Shown here one piece after another: positions 1-8,878 of a DNA stretch of 64,000 bases; positions within the stretch are counted from its first letter, which is position 1; each line of letters starts with the position of its first letter. The position numbers and the translations under genes were made by a program. The notes under the pieces are model-generated. The model had not been told where the DNA came from. It did not search any database and saw only the letters and a program-made list of their open reading frames with translations. This stretch comes from Sphingomonadales bacterium. GTDB taxonomy: Bacteria > Pseudomonadota > Alphaproteobacteria > Sphingomonadales > Sphingomonadaceae. The stretch spans positions 3,690 through 67,689 of the forward strand of contig JAGXTB010000247.1 of assembly GCA_018334165.1 (NCBI GenBank). Reading direction: 5' to 3'.

Positions 1-339
1 GCGTCCGTTCACGGTTTGTACCGTATTTGAATCGCGATCGATGGTGAGGCGTTGATCCTCCGCGAACAACCAGCCAGTCGCGCGGCGCGACTTCTTGTCG
101 AGCCGGACCGGCAGGTCGAGTGTCTGGATCAGATCGGCGAAATCGACGCAAACGCCTTTCGGCGTCTGATAGCCGCGGATCGTGTCGCCGACTTTGTACG
201 AACGGGTGTGCAGCTCGAGCAGCAGCGCGTCGTCTTCGTTCGCGCTCCAGCCCTGGGCGAGCACCGGAACCGACCACAGGCCAAAAGCCGCCGCACCCAG
301 TGCGACGGCCTGCCTGATCGATCCGAGCCTGCGTGTCAT
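1..339 (-). CDS. Putative fimbrial usher-like outer-membrane protein, N-terminal fragment that runs off the window
   Basis: My hand translation of the minus strand from ATG at 339..337 gives MTRRLGSIRQAVALGAAAFGLWSVPVLAQG..., a signal-peptide-like N-terminus, open to position 1. It is absent from the ORF track because it is truncated. It lies directly downstream of the chaperone gene. The usher call rests on position only. Confidence 0.4.
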   Translation of the reverse strand, partial: MTRRLGSIRQAVALGAAAFGLWSVPVLAQGWSANEDDALLLELHTRSYKVGDTIRGYQTPKGVCVDFADLIQTLDLPVRLDKKSRRATGWLFAEDQRLTIDRDSNTVQTVNGR

Positions 340-378
340 GACGTCAGCCTATGGACAACCCGTTGATATCAGGCGATA

Positions 379-1206
379 TCAAGGGAACGTGGCCGAGGTT
401 TCGGCAAGCAGGGCCCCGCCGTTTTCGGCCAGCTCGCGGTATTCGATTTTCACCGGCCCGCTCAGCTTGGCCAGCATTTCGGCTGGGACCGGGATCTGCA
501 CCTTGCGGCGGTTGATCTCGGAATAGATCGCGATGCCCTTGAGCTCGAAAAGTTGCTCGCCACGCGCATTCTTGCCGATCAGCGCCCCATAGACCGAGCG
601 CTGCCCGGTGCGGTTCATGTCGAGCTCGACGAAAGTGCCGTAGCTGGTCGTGAGCAGCCGCGGATTGGCGATAGTCGCCCCGCCTTCCAGCCGTCCGCGG
701 CGCAGGAACACCGGAATCGTGATGCCATAGACCGGAACCAGCCGGATCGAGAGTCCGCTCGCTTCGGCGGCGGCAGCATCTTCGGGAGCCAAAGCGGGCG
801 GAATCGCCCGGAAGTTCATATGCACGCGGTATTCGCCATCGGGCAGGCCCTCGGGTGGCCGCACCGCGATCCGCACCGATTGCGGCTGGCCCGGCAGCAG
901 AGTGATTCGCCTCGGCGCAAAGGTCACCATTGCCAGCGCGGCCTTTTCGGCCGGATTGGCATCGTCTTCCTTGACCTCGTCGAAATCGCCGTCTTCGCTC
1001 ATCCGGCGCAGTTCGGCGGAGATCCGGTAGGTGGCCGGCTTGTTGCCGATATTGCTCAGCACCACTTCGGCGCTACCGCCCTGGTTGATCACCACCCGGG
1101 TCGGCGCGACCAGCAAGTCGCCCTGGGCCTGGGCCGGCGCAGACATGAGTGCGGAAAAGGCAGCCCCGGCAATCAGCAGGCGGCGCAGCGACGAAGAAAG
1201 CGACAT
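379..1206 (-). CDS. PapD-like periplasmic pilus chaperone
   Basis: ORF 379..1275 trimmed to the internal ATG at 1206 (MSLSSSLRRLLIAGAAFSALMSAPAQAQG signal peptide). The two-domain size and its position after a pilin-like gene support the call. Confidence 0.6.
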   Translation of the reverse strand: MSLSSSLRRLLIAGAAFSALMSAPAQAQGDLLVAPTRVVINQGGSAEVVLSNIGNKPATYRISAELRRMSEDGDFDEVKEDDANPAEKAALAMVTFAPRRITLLPGQPQSVRIAVRPPEGLPDGEYRVHMNFRAIPPALAPEDAAAAEASGLSIRLVPVYGITIPVFLRRGRLEGGATIANPRLLTTSYGTFVELDMNRTGQRSVYGALIGKNARGEQLFELKGIAIYSEINRRKVQIPVPAEMLAKLSGPVKIEYRELAENGGALLAETSATFP

Positions 1207-1387
1207 CAAGGACCCCTCGATCGTTACCGCAAAGTGCAAGGCGCACTGCGGGAATTCCCCTGAGGGCATAGGCAAACAGGGTTAATTTTGAGCTAAGGGT
1301 AAATGGTTTGGAGAAAGCAAAAGGGCCGCACCCGCGCCTGGCGGATGCGGCCCTCGATTTCACCCCCGGGTCGGGGCGGAAACTGGC

Positions 1388-1897
1388 TTACTGATATTCG
1401 ACCGAAACGGCGAAGGTGCCCGAATAGACGCCGGCAACCTGGTTGGCGCCAACGGTCAGCGTGCCGCCGACCGAGAAGGTTCCCTGGCCGGTGGTCGGGC
1501 TGAGCTGGAACGCACCGACCGGGTTGGTGTTGAAGCCGCCCAGCGACATGGTTTCAGTGCCGCTCACGCGGGTCAGATCAACCGGAGCCGAAGGCAGGGT
1601 CACGACCACCGAAGCGCCATTGGTGCCGGTGACGGTGAAGCCAGCCGGAGCACGGGTACCGGTCGAGATCAGCGCGCCGGTCTGCGACACGGTGTTGTCG
1701 GCGTTGACGGTCACAGTGCCGCCGGTGTTCGGAGCGATCAGGCCGAAGTCGAGCGCCGAATCGGCGGTCAGCGTCAGCGAGCTGAGGATTTCAGCCGTCG
1801 CGGTGGCGGTGGCGGTGGCAGCAGCCGAAGCCGAGGTTGCAAACGAAGCAGCGGCGAGCGCGGCGCCGACAGCAGCAAGACGAAGCGTATTACGCAT
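1388..1897 (-). CDS. Secreted DUF4402-like pilin-type subunit
   Basis: 169 aa with a signal peptide and an AT-dipeptide run. The Thr/Gly/Val-rich beta-type sequence ends ...GANQVAGVYSGTFAVSVEYQ, a pattern I recall for DUF4402 and spore-coat-U-like subunits. Confidence 0.6.
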   Translation of the reverse strand: MRNTLRLAAVGAALAAASFATSASAAATATATATAEILSSLTLTADSALDFGLIAPNTGGTVTVNADNTVSQTGALISTGTRAPAGFTVTGTNGASVVVTLPSAPVDLTRVSGTETMSLGGFNTNPVGAFQLSPTTGQGTFSVGGTLTVGANQVAGVYSGTFAVSVEYQ

Positions 1898-2065
1898 GGT
1901 TATCTGGTCCCTTCAAAATGCCAGCAGCGCGACCACGCTGCCCCGGAATGGCTGGCAAACCCCCCCATTCGCAGCACCCTAAGTAGGAACACAGTGTTCA
2001 GTGTTTGCTGATCGTTGTGGTTAACAGGACGGCGTTCAAAATTAACGCCTTGGGAGCGAGAATCC

Positions 2066-3031
2066 CTAGATTCCGCCGCCGGTTAGCCGTTGGCAGATCA
2101 AATCGAGCTGATCGAGCGTGCGGTAGCGGATCGTGACTGCGCCCGAACGCGGATCGGCATCGGTGTTGATCCTGACCGACAGGCCCAGGAATTCCTCCAG
2201 ATGGCTCTGGACGGCGGCAATATCGGCTGCCGCACCCGAATCGCCCGTGCCGCGCGCGCGGCGCGGTGCCTGGGCGGGCGTATTGCCGCGGCGCACCAGC
2301 TTTTCCACATCGCGAACCGAAAGGTGTTTGGCAATCGCCTGGACCGCCAGCTCAAGCGCGCCCTCTGCTCCGATCAGCGCGCGCGCGTGGCCCATCGAGA
2401 GCTTGCCTTCCTCGACCAGCTCGATCACTGGCTCTGGCAAGGCCAGCAGGCGCTGGAGGTTGGCTACGTGGCTGCGGCTCTTTTCGACCAGCCGGGCAAT
2501 TTCGGCCTGGGTCAGGCCGTCGTTCTCGGCAAGACGATGATAGGCCCGCGCTTCTTCGATCGGGTTGAGATCCTCGCGCTGCAAGTTCTCGATCAAGGCC
2601 AGCGCGGTAATCTCACGGTCGTCCAGCTCGCGAATAATTGCTGGAATTTCATGAAGTTGTGCGCGCTGTGCGGCTCTCCAGCGGCGCTCACCGGCAACCA
2701 GCCGCCAGCGACCCGAGCCGTGCGGCGTCACGATCACCGGCTGGATTACACCGCGCGCAGAGATCGAGGCGGCAAGCTCGGCCAGCGCAGCTTCCTCGAA
2801 GCGGCGGCGCGGCTGGCCGGGGTGCGGTTCGATATCTGCAATCCGCAACATGGCCATGCCCGAGGTTGGCTTTGCCTCGGACGCAGCACTCAAACCTGCC
2901 TGCGGCGTGACCAGCGGCTCTTCGCGCCGGGTCTCGCCCAGCAGCGCCCCCAGCCCCCGGCCCAGCGCCGGGCGCTTGGCGGTGCTTTCGCCGCGGGGAA
3001 CGGAAATACGGACGACCGGATCGTCGCTCAT
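2066..3031 (-). CDS. parB: Chromosome partitioning protein ParB
   Basis: GRGLGALL and IENLQREDLNPIEEA motifs; overlaps the parA stop. Confidence 0.95.
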   Translation of the reverse strand: MSDDPVVRISVPRGESTAKRPALGRGLGALLGETRREEPLVTPQAGLSAASEAKPTSGMAMLRIADIEPHPGQPRRRFEEAALAELAASISARGVIQPVIVTPHGSGRWRLVAGERRWRAAQRAQLHEIPAIIRELDDREITALALIENLQREDLNPIEEARAYHRLAENDGLTQAEIARLVEKSRSHVANLQRLLALPEPVIELVEEGKLSMGHARALIGAEGALELAVQAIAKHLSVRDVEKLVRRGNTPAQAPRRARGTGDSGAAADIAAVQSHLEEFLGLSVRINTDADPRSGAVTIRYRTLDQLDLICQRLTGGGI

Positions 3032-3804
3032 GCGGCTTTCCTCTGCTGCGGGAGTCGCGAAATCAGCTCGCGCGCCAGGGCCATATAGGCCTTGCTGCCC
3101 GAACAGGTGTGATCATAGATCAGCGCCGGCAAGCCGTGGCTGGGCGCTTCGGAAAGGCGCACATTGCGCGGGATCACCGCTTCGAACACCAGCTGGCCCA
3201 GGCATGAGCGGACATCGTCAGCCACCTGGTCGGTTAGCCGGTTGCGGCGATCGAACATGGTCAGCGCCACGCCGATGATCCCCAAATCAGGATTGAAGCG
3301 CTGCTGGACGCGTTCAACCGTCTGGAGCAGCTGCGAGAGCCCTTCCAGCGCGAAGAACTCGCACTGCAGCGGCACCAGCAGGGTATCGGCAGCGGTTAGC
3401 GCGTTGAGTGTCAGCAGGCCCAATGAAGGTGGGCAATCGATGAACACGATGTCATAGCCATGTTCGCCGGCCAGCGCGGTGCGCAGCCGGTCGGTGCGAT
3501 TGTCGACCGAAACCAGCTCAACCTCGGCGCCTGAGAGGTCTTCGGTGGCCGGAACGATGTCCAGCCCCGGAATTCGCGTGGGCAGTGCACATTGGCTGAG
3601 CGGAAGCTGTTCAATCACCAGATCGTAGGAGGAGCTGGTCCGGTCCGCCGCAGCGATGCCGATCCCGGTCGAGGCGTTGCCTTGCGGGTCGAGGTCGATC
3701 AGCAGCACTTTCCAGCCGGTGGCAGCCATCGCCGTGGCGATGTTGATTGCCGTGGTGGTCTTGCCCACTCCGCCCTTCTGGTTGGCGATCGCAACGCGAA
3801 TCAC
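3028..3804 (-). CDS. parA: Chromosome partitioning ATPase ParA (Soj)
   Basis: Deviant Walker A motif IANQKGGVGKTTT; 258 aa; operon with parB. Confidence 0.95.
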   Translation of the reverse strand: MIRVAIANQKGGVGKTTTAINIATAMAATGWKVLLIDLDPQGNASTGIGIAAADRTSSSYDLVIEQLPLSQCALPTRIPGLDIVPATEDLSGAEVELVSVDNRTDRLRTALAGEHGYDIVFIDCPPSLGLLTLNALTAADTLLVPLQCEFFALEGLSQLLQTVERVQQRFNPDLGIIGVALTMFDRRNRLTDQVADDVRSCLGQLVFEAVIPRNVRLSEAPSHGLPALIYDHTCSGSKAYMALARELISRLPQQRKAA

Positions 3805-4454
3805 GGCTTTTTCCCCTTCTTTGCGGACTTTCCGGCAACGCTTCCGACAATCACTCCCGATTCGGGGTCGCTGAGTGATTGTTCCACGTGGAACATATGA
3901 TTCCAGCCAGACAGGTCCAGCAGTTCCTGCCGGGCCGAGCGCCCTTTGGGCAACAGCCAGACCGTTTCGCTTGTGGAGAATCTTGCGGATAGCTCAAGCA
4001 ATTTGGGCAGCGGGGCAAAGGCCCGTGCCGAAATGACGCGAAAATCGCGTGAGGGAACCAATTCGAGGCGACTGCCTTCCACTCGCGCCCGGTCCAGGCC
4101 CAGTGCGATTCGTGCCCGATCGAGCCATTCGATTCGCCGCGCGCGCGATTCGACCATCACGACCTCGCATTCGGGCCGCAGCACTGCCACGACCAGCCCC
4201 GGAAAGCCCGCGCCGGTCCCCAGATCAAGCCAGGGCGAGGATGTTTCACGTGGAACATGGGCCAGAAGCTGCGCCGAATCGGCAATGTGCCGCAACCACA
4301 CCGAATCGAGGCTGGCGGCGGAAACGAGGTTCTGGCGGGAATTCTCCTCACCAAGCAGCCGCACCAGGCATTCCAGCCTTTCGGCGGAAGCGGAATCCCA
4401 TTCCGGCAAACCTTCCAGCCATGTCCGGGCCTCGGCTTCGTTCAAGAGGATCAT
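3801..4454 (-). CDS. rsmG: 16S rRNA m7G527 methyltransferase RsmG (GidB)
   Basis: [19 protein letters not shown] motif; position between mnmG and parA. Confidence 0.9.
   Translation of the reverse strand: MILLNEAEARTWLEGLPEWDSASAERLECLVRLLGEENSRQNLVSAASLDSVWLRHIADSAQLLAHVPRETSSPWLDLGTGAGFPGLVVAVLRPECEVVMVESRARRIEWLDRARIALGLDRARVEGSRLELVPSRDFRVISARAFAPLPKLLELSARFSTSETVWLLPKGRSARQELLDLSGWNHMFHVEQSLSDPESGVIVGSVAGKSAKKGKKP
3880..3895. promoter_or_regulatory. parS site TGTTCCACGTGGAACA (perfect palindrome)
   Basis: Read directly in the sequence. It lies inside the rsmG 3' region and resembles the canonical parS TGTTNCACGTGAAACA. Confidence 0.8.
4242..4257. promoter_or_regulatory. parS site TGTTTCACGTGGAACA
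   Basis: Read directly in the sequence; inside rsmG coding sequence. Confidence 0.8.
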
Positions 4455-6298
4455 GCGGCCTTGCGCCGGGCATGGACCAGCAGCGCCGCCAGCGCCGCCG
4501 GAGTGATTCCCGGCACCCGGCCGGCCGCCGCCAGCGTTGCCGGACGCGCCGCGCTCAGCCGCTCGACCATCTCACGAGACAGTCCGGGGATCGCGGCATA
4601 AGGAAAGTCGTCACCCAGCGGCAGCGCCTCACCCGCACGCAGATCGCGTAGCTCGCTGTCCTGCCGCGCGAGGTAAGGAGCATAGGCCGCATCCTCTTCG
4701 ATTTCAGCCAGCAATTCAGCATCTTCGGGCAGTTCTTCGTCAAGCCAGGGCACCAGCTCGGCCAGCCCCACTCCGCCGAACCGCAGCCATTCGCGCAAGG
4801 GCAACCGCCCGGCATCTGGCCGCACTGGCAGCCCGGCATTGGCCAATTCGTTGCTGGTGGCGGCACGGTCCAGCGCAGCATCGACCCGCGCCAGCTCAGC
4901 CTCGCGCCGGGCGAACCAATCGGCGCGCTCTTCGCCAATGCAGCCCACCTGGAGCCCCAGCGGGGTCAGCCGGGTCGCGGCATTGTTGGCGCGCAACCGC
5001 AGGCGGTATTCGGCGCGGGCGGTAAGCATGCGGTAGGGCTCGGTCACCCCGTGAAGGGTCAGGTCGTCGATCATCACCGCCATATAGCTGTTGGCCCGGT
5101 CGAGTGCCGGCGGATCGCGGCCCAGAACTTGTGCCGCCGCATGCAGCCCCGCCATCAACCCTTGCGCACCAGCCTCTTCGTAACCGGTGGTGCCGTTGAT
5201 CTGCCCGGCGCAATAGAGCCCCGGGATTGCGCGCAGTTCCAGGCTGGAACGCAGCGCGCGCGGGTCGATATGGTCGTATTCGACCGCATAGCCAGGCACT
5301 TCCATCTCCACCTGCTCCAGCCCCCCCATCGTCCGCAGCATGGCGTGCTGGACGTCGCTGGGCAGCGAAGTGCTGATCCCGTTGGGATAGACCAGGTGGC
5401 TGTCGAGACCCTCCGGCTCCAGGAACACCTGATGCCCGTCGCGCTCGGCAAAACGGTGGATCTTGTCCTCTATCGAAGGACAATAGCGCGGCCCCGAGGC
5501 CCCGATCGCGCCTGAGAACAGCGGCGAGCGATGCAGGTTGGCGCGAATCACGTCGTGGCTGCGCTCGTTGGTGCGCGTGATCGCGCAGAACAGCTGCGGC
5601 AGGACCCGCCCCGGACCGAGCGGTGACATGGTCCAATGCTCACTGTCCGACGGCTGTTCGGCAAGCCGCGCCCAGTCGATTGTCCGCCCGTTGAGCCGCG
5701 GCGGGGTCCCGGTCTTGAGCCGCGCCATTGGCAGTTCGGCTTCGCGCAATTGCGCCGCCAGGCGCTGCGCCGAAGCCTCGCCGATCCGCCCGCCGATCAG
5801 TCGCTCTTCACCGCGATAGAGCAAGCCGCCAAGGAACGTGCCAGTGCACAGCACCACGGCGGCAGCTTCCAGCGCAGTACCATCGGCCAGCTCAATCCCC
5901 CGCGCGCGGCCACCAGCCATGCGCAGCGCCGCAGCTTCGCCCGCAATCACAGTCAGGTCACCCTGCTGGCCAAGCAGCGTTTGCACCGCCGCCTTGAAGC
6001 GCTTGCGATCGGCCTGGACCCGAGGACCCTGTACCGCGCTGCCCTTCGAGCGGTTGAGCATCCGGTAGTGGATCGCCCCCAGATCCGCTGCGCGGCCCAT
6101 GATCCCGTCGAGCGCATCCAGTTCGCGCACCAGGTGGCCTTTGCCCAGCCCGCCGATCGCCGGGTTGCAGCTCATCGCCCCGATCGCCGCCGGATCGAAA
6201 CTGACCAATGCGACATGCGCGCCCATCCGCGCGGCCACGGCCGCGGCTTCCACCCCGGCATGGCCTCCGCCGACAACGATGACATCGAAACGCTGCAT
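4451..6298 (-). CDS. mnmG: tRNA uridine 5-carboxymethylaminomethyl modification enzyme MnmG (GidA)
   Basis: [22 protein letters not shown]-binding motif; 615 aa. Confidence 0.95.
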   Translation of the reverse strand: MQRFDVIVVGGGHAGVEAAAVAARMGAHVALVSFDPAAIGAMSCNPAIGGLGKGHLVRELDALDGIMGRAADLGAIHYRMLNRSKGSAVQGPRVQADRKRFKAAVQTLLGQQGDLTVIAGEAAALRMAGGRARGIELADGTALEAAAVVLCTGTFLGGLLYRGEERLIGGRIGEASAQRLAAQLREAELPMARLKTGTPPRLNGRTIDWARLAEQPSDSEHWTMSPLGPGRVLPQLFCAITRTNERSHDVIRANLHRSPLFSGAIGASGPRYCPSIEDKIHRFAERDGHQVFLEPEGLDSHLVYPNGISTSLPSDVQHAMLRTMGGLEQVEMEVPGYAVEYDHIDPRALRSSLELRAIPGLYCAGQINGTTGYEEAGAQGLMAGLHAAAQVLGRDPPALDRANSYMAVMIDDLTLHGVTEPYRMLTARAEYRLRLRANNAATRLTPLGLQVGCIGEERADWFARREAELARVDAALDRAATSNELANAGLPVRPDAGRLPLREWLRFGGVGLAELVPWLDEELPEDAELLAEIEEDAAYAPYLARQDSELRDLRAGEALPLGDDFPYAAIPGLSREMVERLSAARPATLAAAGRVPGITPAALAALLVHARRKAA

Positions 6299-6324
6299 GA
6301 TCGGCTCGCGCCTTAGCCTAGCGA

Positions 6325-6340
6325 TGTTTCACGTGGAACA
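6325..6340. promoter_or_regulatory. parS site TGTTTCACGTGGAACA
   Basis: Lies in the mnmG-mnmE spacer. Confidence 0.8.
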
Positions 6341-6365
6341 GATTTAGCGTCGCGCGTGGCAAGAA

Positions 6366-6381
6366 TGTTCCACGTGGAACA
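6366..6381. promoter_or_regulatory. parS site TGTTCCACGTGGAACA
   Basis: Lies in the mnmG-mnmE spacer, abutting the mnmE stop. Confidence 0.8.
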
Positions 6382-7659
6382 TTACTTGCCGATGCAGAAC
6401 CGGCCGAACAGCGTGTCGAGCATGTCTTCGGTGGTGGTCCGGCCCAGCAGGGTGTCGAACGAAACCCGCGCCAGCCGCAGACCTTCGGCGGTGAGCAGCG
6501 GATCCTGCTCGCGGCGGGCCTCGCCCAGGGTGCGCGCGGCATCGCGCAGCAGATCGTGCTGGCGCTGATTGAGCGCGGCCTCGCCGGGCTTTGGCATGGC
6601 CTGGCGCGCGGTCTGGATCAGGTCGGCGCGCAATTCGTCGATCCCGACCCCGCTGATTGCCGAAATCCGGTGGCGGGCATGGCGCTTGACCAGCGAATTC
6701 TCACGATCGATCTGCGAGGCGATCTCCCAGGCTCTGTCTGGCCCCTCTCCTTCCGGACCAAGCCACAGCACCAGGTCAGCGCGGTCGAGCGCTTCCAATG
6801 CGCGTTCGATCCCGATTGCCTCGACCTCATCGCTGACGGCGTCATGAAGTCCGGCGGTATCGGCAAACAGGAACGGGATGCCTTCATAGCTGACCGGGCG
6901 GGTCAGCACATCGCGCGTGGTCCCGGGGATCGGCGTGGCGATAGCGGCGTCAGCCTGAACCAAAACATTGAAAAGAGTGCTTTTTCCGAGATTTGGCGGG
7001 CCTGCAATCACGACCCGGAAGCCTTCCCGCAAGGTTTCGGCGCGGGGGCGCGTCAACCAGGCGGCGATCTGCGCCTCGAGCGCGCCAATCCGCAGTGCGA
7101 AAGTGCCGGGCAGCGTCGCAACGTCGTCTTCATCGGAAAAGTCGAGCACTGCTTCGAGCGCAGCGGAAAGCTGCAGCAGCTCGCCGCGCCAGCCCTCGAC
7201 CGTCCGCGAGAAGGCCCCGCCGGCCATGGCCATCGCGGTCTGGCGCTGAAGCTCGGTTTCGGCTTCGAGCAAGTCAGCCAGCCCTTCGGCCTGAGCCAAG
7301 TCGATCTTGCCATTGGCAAAGGCGCGGCGGGTAAATTCGCCCGGCCCGGCCCGGCGCAGACCCGGTAACTTGCCGAGCGCCGCCTCAACCGCGCCGATCA
7401 CCGCGCGGCCGCCGTGGCACTGCAATTCGGCGACATCCTCGCCGGTTTCGGTATTCGGTCCGGGCAGCCACAGCACCAGTGCCTCGTCGAGCACTTCGCC
7501 CTTGGCATCGCGCAGCTTGGCCAAGCTGGCATGACGCGGTTCGGGCAGGCGCCCGGCCAAAGCCGCCAGCGCGGCTCCGGCTTGCGGCCCGCTGACGCGA
7601 ATCACACCGATCGCGGCAGGTGGCGCGCCGCTCGACAAGGCAAAGATGGTTTCGGTCAT
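6382..7659 (-). CDS. mnmE: tRNA modification GTPase MnmE (TrmE)
   Basis: ORF 6382..7719 trimmed to ATG at 7659 (MTETIFALSSG...). GPPNLGKSTLFN G1 motif and C-terminal FCIGK. Confidence 0.93.
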   Translation of the reverse strand: MTETIFALSSGAPPAAIGVIRVSGPQAGAALAALAGRLPEPRHASLAKLRDAKGEVLDEALVLWLPGPNTETGEDVAELQCHGGRAVIGAVEAALGKLPGLRRAGPGEFTRRAFANGKIDLAQAEGLADLLEAETELQRQTAMAMAGGAFSRTVEGWRGELLQLSAALEAVLDFSDEDDVATLPGTFALRIGALEAQIAAWLTRPRAETLREGFRVVIAGPPNLGKSTLFNVLVQADAAIATPIPGTTRDVLTRPVSYEGIPFLFADTAGLHDAVSDEVEAIGIERALEALDRADLVLWLGPEGEGPDRAWEIASQIDRENSLVKRHARHRISAISGVGIDELRADLIQTARQAMPKPGEAALNQRQHDLLRDAARTLGEARREQDPLLTAEGLRLARVSFDTLLGRTTTEDMLDTLFGRFCIGK

Positions 7660-7675
7660 GGACAGGGGAGCGGCG

Positions 7676-7936
7676 TCAGTCCGCGTCCTTTTTCCTGGAA
7701 GCACCGGCGGCGAAGGCACCGCCGCTTTCCATGAACTGCTGGAACAGCTTCATCCCCACCTGCCCCATCGGCGCGAGGTTCTTGGCAAATTCCTGCACCT
7801 GATCGACCGAGCCCGCACCCTTCATCGCTTTGGCAATCGCCTCGATATAGACGCCGTTGGCCTTGGATACGTCGGGCAGGCCCAGGAAAGCGCGCGCTTC
7901 CTCGGGGGTGCAATCGATCTCCACATGGACTTTCAT
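7676..7936 (-). CDS. Small conserved hypothetical protein (possibly DUF6489-like)
   Basis: ORF 7676..7981 trimmed to MKVHVEIDCTPEEARAFLGLPDV. It ends 17 nt upstream of the mnmE start. The family name is a weak recollection. Confidence 0.45.
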   Translation of the reverse strand: MKVHVEIDCTPEEARAFLGLPDVSKANGVYIEAIAKAMKGAGSVDQVQEFAKNLAPMGQVGMKLFQQFMESGGAFAAGASRKKDAD

Positions 7937-8046
7937 CGCAATCTCCTCAGCGCCCAGTCTTCCCCGCACCCTTGCTGGCATAGCCCCTTCACAAAGTCCA
8001 CGACGCGCTTAAGTGAGGAACGAAGCAGCATCAGGAGCCAAGCCCA

Positions 8047-8745
8047 ATGTCCGAGACCGTCCAGATCCCCTCGCTCAAGAACGATGGCCAGATCCCGGCC
8101 TATGTGGCGCGTCCCGCCGGCACGCCAAAGGCGGCGATTATCGTCATTCCGGAAATCTTTGGAGTGAACCCGGGAATCCGCCAAAAGGCCGATAGCTGGG
8201 CCGCCAAGGGCTACCTGGCGGTCGCGCCCGATATCTTCTGGCGGTTCGCTCCCGGGGTCGAGCTCAACCCCGATGTCGAGGCCGAACTCAACGAGGCTTT
8301 CGGCTATTTCCAGCAGTACGATCCCGCCGACGGGGTTTACGATATCGAATCGGCGATCAAATGGATCCGCGGCAGCCAGGGCGTCGCCAAGGTTGGCTGC
8401 GCCGGTTACTGCCTGGGCGGGCGGCTGGCCTACATGGCCGCGGCGCGCACCGATGTGGATGCTTCGGTCGGCTATTACGGGGTGATGATCGACACGATGC
8501 TGGGTGAAGCACACCACATCGCCAACCCGCTGATGCTGCATATCCCCACCGCCGATCACTTTGTCGGACCCGAAGCGCAGGCTGCGATCCACGCTGCCCT
8601 CGACGATCATCCGCGCGTCACGCTGCACGACTATCCCGGGCTCGACCACGGGTTTGCCGCGGAAATGGGGAACCGGCGCGACGAAGCAGGAGCGCAACTG
8701 GCAGATGGACGCACCGAAGCGTTCCTCGTGGAACACCTCGGCTAG
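8047..8745 (+). CDS. Dienelactone hydrolase family protein
   Basis: 232 aa with AAIIVIPEIFGVNPGIR and a GYCLGG nucleophile-elbow-like motif. Confidence 0.85.
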   Translation: MSETVQIPSLKNDGQIPAYVARPAGTPKAAIIVIPEIFGVNPGIRQKADSWAAKGYLAVAPDIFWRFAPGVELNPDVEAELNEAFGYFQQYDPADGVYDIESAIKWIRGSQGVAKVGCAGYCLGGRLAYMAAARTDVDASVGYYGVMIDTMLGEAHHIANPLMLHIPTADHFVGPEAQAAIHAALDDHPRVTLHDYPGLDHGFAAEMGNRRDEAGAQLADGRTEAFLVEHLG

Positions 8746-8768
8746 CGTTCCTTCCGCTACCGCGTGGG

Positions 8769-8877
8769 CAACACCAGCCCGCTCCCCCGGCCCGACCACC
8801 CGTGACATGGTACCCTTGGGGTGGTCGGGCCGGGGGAGCGGGCTGGTGCTGCGCCTGTTTCAGCCGCGCTGAAACAG
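8769..8877. repeat. Composite GC-rich palindromic repeat, family B copy 1 (long hairpin plus cctgtttcag-N7-ctgaaacag hairpin)
   Basis: The arm caacaccagcccgctcccccggcccgaccaccc pairs with its inverted copy. Related copies are at 18688..18772 and 38512..38615. It lies between convergent gene ends. Confidence 0.8.
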
Positions 8878-8878
8878 A

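Noticed and set aside
8720-8735. parS-like 16-mer cgttcctcgtggaaca
   Set aside because: It has two mismatches, including one in the central core half-site, and lies inside the dienelactone hydrolase coding sequence. It is noted only as a possible weak site.
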